Shown piece after piece: positions 57,138-64,000 of a stretch of 64,000 nt of DNA. The notes beneath the pieces were generated by a model that saw nothing but the letters and a program-made list of their open reading frames with translations, ran no database searches and was not told the DNA's origin. The DNA is from Eledone cirrhosa (lineage: Eukaryota): the NCBI GenBank assembly GCA_964016885.1, contig CAXHJY010001504.1, positions 1-64,000 on the forward strand. Reading direction: 5' to 3'. The position numbers and the translations under genes were made by a program. The first letter of the stretch is position 1. Each line of letters opens with the position of its first letter.

Positions 57138-57793
57138 AATTGTTTCTACTTCTGGCACAAGGCCAGCAATTATCCCAGTGCATTACTGTTACTTTATTTT
57201 ATCGATCTTGTAAGGATGAAAGGCAAAGTTAACCTCGACGGGATTTGAACTCAGAAAATATAATAATTGATCAGTATAGATAATATTTGACGAAATGTAA
57301 AACACACTTCGTACCTATGTTGTTATATATATATAATTGTTTCTACTTTTGGCACAAGGCCAGCAATTATCCCAGTGCATTACTGGCACTTTATTTTATC
57401 GATCTCGTAAGGATGAAAGGCAAAGTTAACCTCGACGGGATTTGAACTCAGAAAATATAATAATTGATCAGTATAGATAATATTTGACGAAATGTAAAAC
57501 ACACTTCGTACCTATGTTGTTATATATATATAATTGTTTCTACTTTTGGCACAAGGCCAGCAATTATCCCAGTGCATTACTGGCACTTTATTTTATCGAT
57601 CTCGTAAGGATGAAAGGCAAAGTTAACCTCGACGGGATTTGAACTCAGAAAATATAATAATTGATCAGTATAGATAATATTTGAGAAAATGTAAAACACA
57701 CTTCGTACCTATGTTGTTATATATATATAATTGTTTCTGCTTTTGGCACAAGGCCAGCAATTACCTAGTGCATTACTGGTACTTTATTTTATC
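57138..57793 (-). repeat. 197-bp tandem repeat (3.3 units) made of a SINE 3' half plus flanking DNA
   Basis: Unit starts at 57138, 57335, 57532 and 57729. Confidence 0.92.
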
Positions 57794-57922
57794 GTATCTG
57801 AGTAACTTGCGAATCCAGATTCAGGTTCGATCCACAAATAGATCGTATCTCGAACTGTTCGCCGGAGAAACAATTGAAATACGTTAATAAATTGTTTCGA
57901 TACATCACTGATTCTTCGTTTT

Positions 57923-58006
<84 letters not shown>

Positions 58007-58010
<4 letters not shown>

Positions 58011-58124
58011 TGAAAGGATAACAAGGACGATTGGTTACTCTTTCATTACATTTATTGGTAGGTGACGCGCGTCACCTACCAATAATGAATGAGTAACCAC
58101 TCGTCCTTGTTTTCCTTTCAATAT
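58007..58124. repeat. Inverted repeat with a perfect 34-bp central palindrome (58052-58085)
   Basis: TTATTGGTAGGTGACGC|GCGTCACCTACCAATAA; the arm motif CACTCGTCCTTGTTT also occurs at about 9480. Confidence 0.85.
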
Positions 58125-58218
58125 ATTACACTCTGTATAGCTCTACACCTCAACACAGAAGTGAACCTAAACATCGAGTGCTCACCCGGGTGAACCTGCA
58201 GTACCTCCAAGTTACGCT

Positions 58219-58284
<66 letters not shown>

Positions 58285-58288
<4 letters not shown>

Positions 58289-58660
58289 GATATTAATAAA
58301 TGGAAACTATATTTATAAAACCATATTTATTTCATTATACATATTTCAAGAACACCAAGTTAAATTATGGTGTGCTTTCATCAGATAAAATATAATATAG
58401 AACAGTTTTATAAATAATATAATTCTTTAAGGGTATGTCAATATTTATTTATAAAACTGTTCTATATTATATTTTATCTGATGAAAGCACACCATAATTT
58501 AACTTGGTGTCCTTGAAATACGTATAATGAAATAAATATGGTTTTATAAATATAGTTTCCATTTATTAATATCGTATTTTTACTACAAATATTTGTTGAG
58601 TGCTTTATATCAGTTATAAAAATATTTTCTTGTTGTATCCCAACAATTTAAATAGAACTT

Positions 58661-58662
<2 letters not shown>
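58285..58662 (+). mobile_element. Family D subfamily element: inverted arms (58285-58417 / 58445-58577) plus tail; HHR at 58470-58534 (+) and its mirror
   Basis: TATTTTAT-CTGATGA-AAGCACACCA..TGGTGTCCTT-GAAA-TACGTA-TA-ATGAAATA. Confidence 0.85.
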
Positions 58663-58709
<47 letters not shown>

Positions 58710-58867
58710 ATATATATAGAGAAGTAAATTCTCTCTATACACGAAATCATTTCTCTCACTATTAACGTATGTGTCCACTCTGCTTTCCTCTTTGGTTGGT
58801 ATCCTACTGATGCTGGCTTAATTGAAGCATTCAAGGAGTCACAGAACGATCGGAGGTTTTCAATACG

Positions 58868-59311
58868 GAGTTTAACTTTCCTTTTCATTCTTACGGGGAT
58901 CCATGAAATAAAGTACCGGTAATGCACTGGGGTAATTACTGGCCTTGTGCCAAAAGTAGTAACCATTATCGGATGAGGGTCGGACGCCATGCTTTCCAGC
59001 ATAGTTACGTCCCTTTACGGTCTGAGTACAAATCTCGTCGAGGTTAACTTTGCCCTTCATCCTTACCGGGTCGATAAAATAAAGTACCAGTAATGTACTG
59101 GGTAATTGCTGGCCTTGTGCCAAAAGTAGTAACCATTATCGGATGAGGGTCGGACGCCATGCTTTCCAGCATAGTTACGTCCCTTTACGGTCTGAGTACA
59201 AATCTCGTCGAGGTTAACTTTGCCCTTCATCCTTACCGGGTCGATAAAATAAAGTACCAGTAATGCACTGGGTAATTGCTGGCCTTGTGCCAAAAGGTAG
59301 AAACAATTATT
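58868..59311 (+). repeat. 170-bp tandem SINE family 1 array (2.6 units)
   Basis: The junction CATTATCGGATGAGGGTCGG occurs at about 58964 and 59134, with shared variants. Confidence 0.9.
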
Positions 59312-59874
59312 ACATATATATAAATATATGTATGTATATGTATGTATATATATGTATGTATGTATATGTATGTATATATATATATATACATATGTATGTA
59401 TATATAAGTATATATATGTATATGTATATTTATTAAAATAACAGATTAAATCGCTGCTTTCACCCTTAACGGGATCTTCTGAAACATCCAGGCCGGTTGG
59501 CATTTTTTCTCTCTCTCGTCTACGATTTCACAGAACTTATGTTTACCGGATTCACGAACTAGACCCCTTCTTCCTCCCGTTAGACCTGTGCGAAATTCCT
59601 TCCTTGCTCACATTTCAACCAGGTTTGATGGTCTTTATTCTCTCTCGTTCACGATTTCACCGAACTTATATTCATGGAAATTTGGGACTTGACTCATTCT
59701 TCTTCACTTTTCGTTGCTTCATCATCTTTGTTTGTTTACACTCTCGCTGTTCCCTTTATTTACATGTCCCAACGACTTTCTTTAGCCGTTTCTCGCACCA
59801 ACCGGAGGTATATGGTCTTTAAAGCGAAGAAATACCGATGATGGCTGGAAAATCACTGATGAAGGACCACTTTA

Positions 59875-59955
<81 letters not shown>

Positions 59956-59997
59956 CTTCAAAATATTAATAAATATAGACATTCATGTGATCAAATA

Positions 59998-60063
59998 TAT
60001 TTTATTATACATATTTCAGAAGTACTGAGCTATTTCAGCAGTACGTCCTCATCAGATAAAATA
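59998..60063 (-). ncRNA. Type I hammerhead ribozyme (family D-related, different stem II)
   Basis: Minus strand TATTTTAT-CTGATGA-GGACGTACTG..CAGTACTTCT-GAAA-TATGTA-TA-ATAAAATA; perfect 8-bp stem I. Confidence 0.8.
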
Positions 60064-60429
60064 AGTTGATGCCTGACATATCTTGACTATGTTGATGGTT
60101 ATAATTCTCTATATGTATATATATATATGTATTGATATATATATTTATATATATATATATATATATTGATATATATATATATATGTTTCCGTTGAAAATT
60201 GAAAAAGCCATAGGAGTGAAGAGTGCTCTATGTAAGTTACAGAGCTAAATTTAATGTATATTATATATATATATATATATATAGGATAAGTGTCAAGACA
60301 CCGACGGCTGAGCAACAGTCGTTTCGTATATATATATATATACACGTGTGTCTGTGTATATACTCATATATATTGAATTCAAATATTACATATATATACA
60401 ACGGAAATAATGAATATATCACGGAAGAT

Positions 60430-60573
60430 AAGAGAGAGAGGGAAGGGGGGAGGGTAGTAAAAGAGAGAGAGAGACAGGCAAAGATAGAGAGGAGTAAAAG
60501 AGAGAGAGAGACACACACAGGCAAATATAGAGAGGAGTAATAGAGAGAGAGAGACACACACAGGCAAATATAG

Positions 60574-60629
<56 letters not shown>

Positions 60630-60697
60630 CAAATACAGAGAGAAGGAGTAATAGAGAGATAGAGAGGGGAGTATTAGTAAAAGCGAGGCAGAAACAG

Positions 60698-60729
<32 letters not shown>

Positions 60730-60757
60730 TCAGTATGAAAGAGTGAACGAGAGCGAG

Positions 60758-60830
<73 letters not shown>

Positions 60831-61111
60831 TAGAGATAGATAGAAAGAGAGACAGACAGACAGATACAGAGAGAGAGTGATAGAGATAGATAGAAAGAGA
60901 GAGAGACAGACAGATACAGAGAGAGAGGATGTAATAGTAAAAAAGAGGCAGAGATACAAAGAGAGTGAACGAGAGAGAAAGAGTGAGAGAGACAGCGTGT
61001 TGGAGAGAAAGAGAGAGAGAGCGAGAGAGGGAGAGAGAGAGGAGTAGAAGAGCGAGGAGTGGGAGAGTGAGAGAGAGAGAGAGCAGTGGGAAAGAGAAAG
61101 AGAGAGAGAGA

Positions 61112-61142
<31 letters not shown>

Positions 61143-61240
61143 TGAGCAGTGGGAGAGCGAGGAGTGATAGAGAGAGAGAGAGAAAGATAAAGAAAGATAA
61201 AGGAAGAGATAGATAGATAGAGAGAGAGAGGGGAGTGAGA
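60430..61240. repeat. (GA)n-rich polypurine tract
   Basis: Visible directly in the sequence. Confidence 0.9.
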
Positions 61241-61304
61241 GGCAGTGTATGCTGTTGTTGCCAATTGAGACTATTGTTGATATTTCGATGGGATGAACCA
61301 AATT

Positions 61305-61331
61305 ATGCTAGGTGGCGCCACTAGGAGGCAG
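61305..61331 (+). promoter_or_regulatory. Two adjacent CTCF-like motifs
   Basis: GCTAGGTGGCGC and CCACTAGGAGGCAG compared with the consensus CCRSYAGRKGGCRS. Confidence 0.3.
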
Positions 61332-61469
61332 AGTGTTTGGTGATGGCGGCGTTGGTGGGTGTGAGGGCAGTTCTATGGGTGGGGCTAATGTCTGTAGAGG
61401 GAACAGCTGGTCGGGACTGGAGTAGACTTGATGGCGTTGGTTGTTGTTGCTGGGCCTTGTGGTAATGGT

Positions 61470-62548
61470 ATGGTGGTGGTGGTGGTATAGTGGTGGTGGT
61501 GGTGGTATAGTGGTCGTATAGTGGTGGTAGTGGTAGTGGTGGTGGTATAGTGGTGGTGTTATTGGTGGTATAGTGGTGGTGGTATATTGGTGGTGGTGGT
61601 GGTATAGTGGTGGTGGTGGTATAGTGGTGGTGGTGGTGGTATAGTGGTCGTATAGTGGTGGTAGTGGTAGTGGTGGTGGTATAGTGGTGGTGGTGGTGGT
61701 ATAGTGGTGGTGGTGGTGGTATAGTGGTCGTATAGTGGTGGTAGTGGTAGTGGTGGTGGTATAGTGGTGGTGTTATTGGTGGTATAGTGGTGGTGGTATA
61801 TTGGTGGTGGTGGTGGTGGTATAGTGGTGGTGGTGGTATAGTGGTGGTGTTATTGGTGGTATAGTGGTGGTGGTGGTGGTATAGTGGTCGTATAGTGGTG
61901 GTAGTGGTAGTGGTGGTGGTATAGTGGTGGTGGTGGTGGTGGTGGTATAGTGGTGGTGGTGGTGGTATAGTGGTGGTGGTGGTGGTGGTATAGTGGTGGT
62001 ATAGTGGTGGTGGTGGTATAGTGGTGGTGGTGGTGGTGGTATAGTGGTGGTATAGTGGTGGTGGTGGTGGTGGTATAGTGGTCGTATAGTGGTGGTAGTG
62101 GTGGTGGTGGTGGTGGTGGTATAGTGGTGGTGTTATTGGTGGTATAGTGGTGGTGGTATATTGGTGGTGGTGGTGGTATAGTGGTGGTGTTATTGGTGGT
62201 ATAGTGGTGGTGGTGGTGGTATAGTGGTCGTATAGTGGTGGTAGTGGTAGTGGTGGTGGTATAGTGGTGGTGGTGGTAGTATTGTGGCGGTGGTGGTGGT
62301 ATTGGTGGTATAGTGGTTGTGGTGGTGGTGGTATGGTGGTGGTGGTGGTGGTATGATGATGGTGGTGGTATGGTGGTGGTAGTGTTATGGTGGTGGTGTG
62401 ATGGTGGTATGGTAGTGGTGGTGGTGGTATAGTGGTGGTATAGTGGTGGCGGTGGTGGTGGTATGGTGGTGGTGGTGGTGGTGGTATTGGTGGTATAGTG
62501 GCGGTGGTGGTGGTGATATGGTGGTGGTGGTGGTATTGGTAGTATGGT
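61470..62548. repeat. (GGT)nATAGT minisatellite
   Basis: Visible directly in the sequence. Confidence 0.92.
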
Positions 62549-62574
62549 AATAATCGAATATTATTAATGGTGGT

Positions 62575-62912
62575 GGATTGACAGCATCGGTAGAGCGTCA
62601 GACGCCATGCTTTGCAGCGCAGAGTTTCGGCCCTTTATGATCTGAGCTCAAATCCCGCCGTGGTTTACTTTGCCTTTCATCCTTGCGGGGTCGATAAAAT
62701 AAAGTACCAGTAATGTACTGAGGTATTGGCTGGCCTTGTGCCAAAAATAGAACCAATTATTATTTTTAGAGTTCCACTCCCATCGAGATTGTCTTTGCCT
62801 TTCATCCTTACGAGGTCGATAAAATAAAGTACCAGTAACGCACTGGGTCGTTTAATCGACCCCCCCCCCCCCAATTACTGGCCTTGTGCCTATATAAGAA
62901 ACCATTATTATT
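62575..62912 (+). mobile_element. SINE family 1 full copy plus a 3'-half copy
   Basis: A/B boxes, core and tails. Confidence 0.85.
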
Positions 62913-63084
62913 CAGTATTTAAATTCACGAATTCATTTAAATTATAATAACAATTTGGATATTATTTGTGATTCCATGCAAAATAGTTTGATGTTTTCCT
63001 TAATTTTTCCAGACTTAAATAATTTCGGGTGAAACTTTCTAGAAAGAAAAATATATTTTATTAAAAAATAATATATATATATAT

Positions 63085-63117
<33 letters not shown>

Positions 63118-63184
63118 AATTGAAACAAAATGAAAACGAAATTTCATTTCTCACTCTTAGTATGGCACTTACATGCATACTTAC

Positions 63185-63297
<113 letters not shown>

Positions 63298-63525
63298 CGA
63301 GAGAAATGTGGTACGGAACCAGATGCACCATAACGCACCAAAGTAGTCAATCCTTAGGGTAGTAGAGTGGGTAATAGGAACGAGTAGGACCCCAACGGCT
63401 CAGCTCAAGCCGTTTCGACGGCTAATTCTGGACTAAATGAAAATACCAGGATAAAAATTTAAATTTAGTCCAGAATTAGCCGTCGAAACGGCTTGAGCTC
63501 AGCCGTCGGGGTCCTACTCGTTCCT
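63298..63525 (-). mobile_element. Family E element with an inverted short arm (63376-63438 / 63463-63525)
   Basis: Direct alignment; lies between (TA)n and (TC)n. Confidence 0.8.
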
Positions 63526-63537
63526 CTCTCTCTCTCC

Positions 63538-63654
<117 letters not shown>

Positions 63655-63657
63655 CAT

Positions 63658-63702
<45 letters not shown>

Positions 63703-63764
63703 TATAGATAGATTTTATTAAAAAATAATATATATATATATATACATATTTCTTTCATGCTTAC

Positions 63765-63992
63765 CCCTGAGTTGTTTATTCTATCTTTCTTCGTGTTTTT
63801 CAGAAAATTCTCGTTACGTCGTGTCTTGGATTTATGAAAAAACATATTTTTCTTTTTCATAAAATGGCTTAGAGAAGTGGTACTTTGTTTTAAGATATTA
63901 TCGATAAAATGGTAAAAATGGTGCCCAATTCTGATTTTGTATTTCTCTCTTTCATTGCTGTATAGTTTTTGTGTTTTAAAATTTCGAATCAT
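63765..63992 (-). CDS. Possible coding exon (76 codons, Lys/Asn-rich, function unknown)
   Basis: Non-repetitive ORF from ATG at 63992 to a consensus donor GGG|GTAAGC at 63765/63764; no recognisable domain. Confidence 0.25.
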
Positions 63993-64000
63993 TTAAAAAA

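Noticed and set aside
61470-62548. G-rich array as telomeric repeat
   Set aside because: The units are (GGT)nATAGT, not TTAGGG-like, and the array is internal.

Overview
This is AT-rich, extremely microsatellite-dense non-coding eukaryotic DNA ((TA)n, (CA)n, (GA)n, (GGT)n, (TTC)n). The style and the dominant tRNA-derived Nin/Deu-domain SINE suggest a cephalopod such as Octopus; this is inference. No host gene is confidently identifiable. Almost all ORF-track entries are simple-repeat artefacts; one possible exon lies at the right edge. Recognisable elements: about 20 SINE copies, some in tandem arrays; an internally deleted DD37D (maT) transposon; a Tc1/mariner MITE; a piggyBac-like MITE whose empty site is also in the window; 3' relics of CRE-, HERO- and RTE-type LINEs; and several minisatellites. 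The most striking signal is about 20 type I hammerhead ribozyme (HHR) folds, found by eye, in at least 8 unrelated short non-coding families. These sit in (TA)n tracts, often as head-to-head inverted repeats with family-fixed ends, the hallmark of Penelope-like retroelement (PLE) termini. One family has a compensatory U3-A8 catalytic core and another a non-canonical CAGUUGA core. A 160-bp satellite carries a G-U-rich ~70-nt hairpin in every unit. All folds and alignments were done by eye and are untested.
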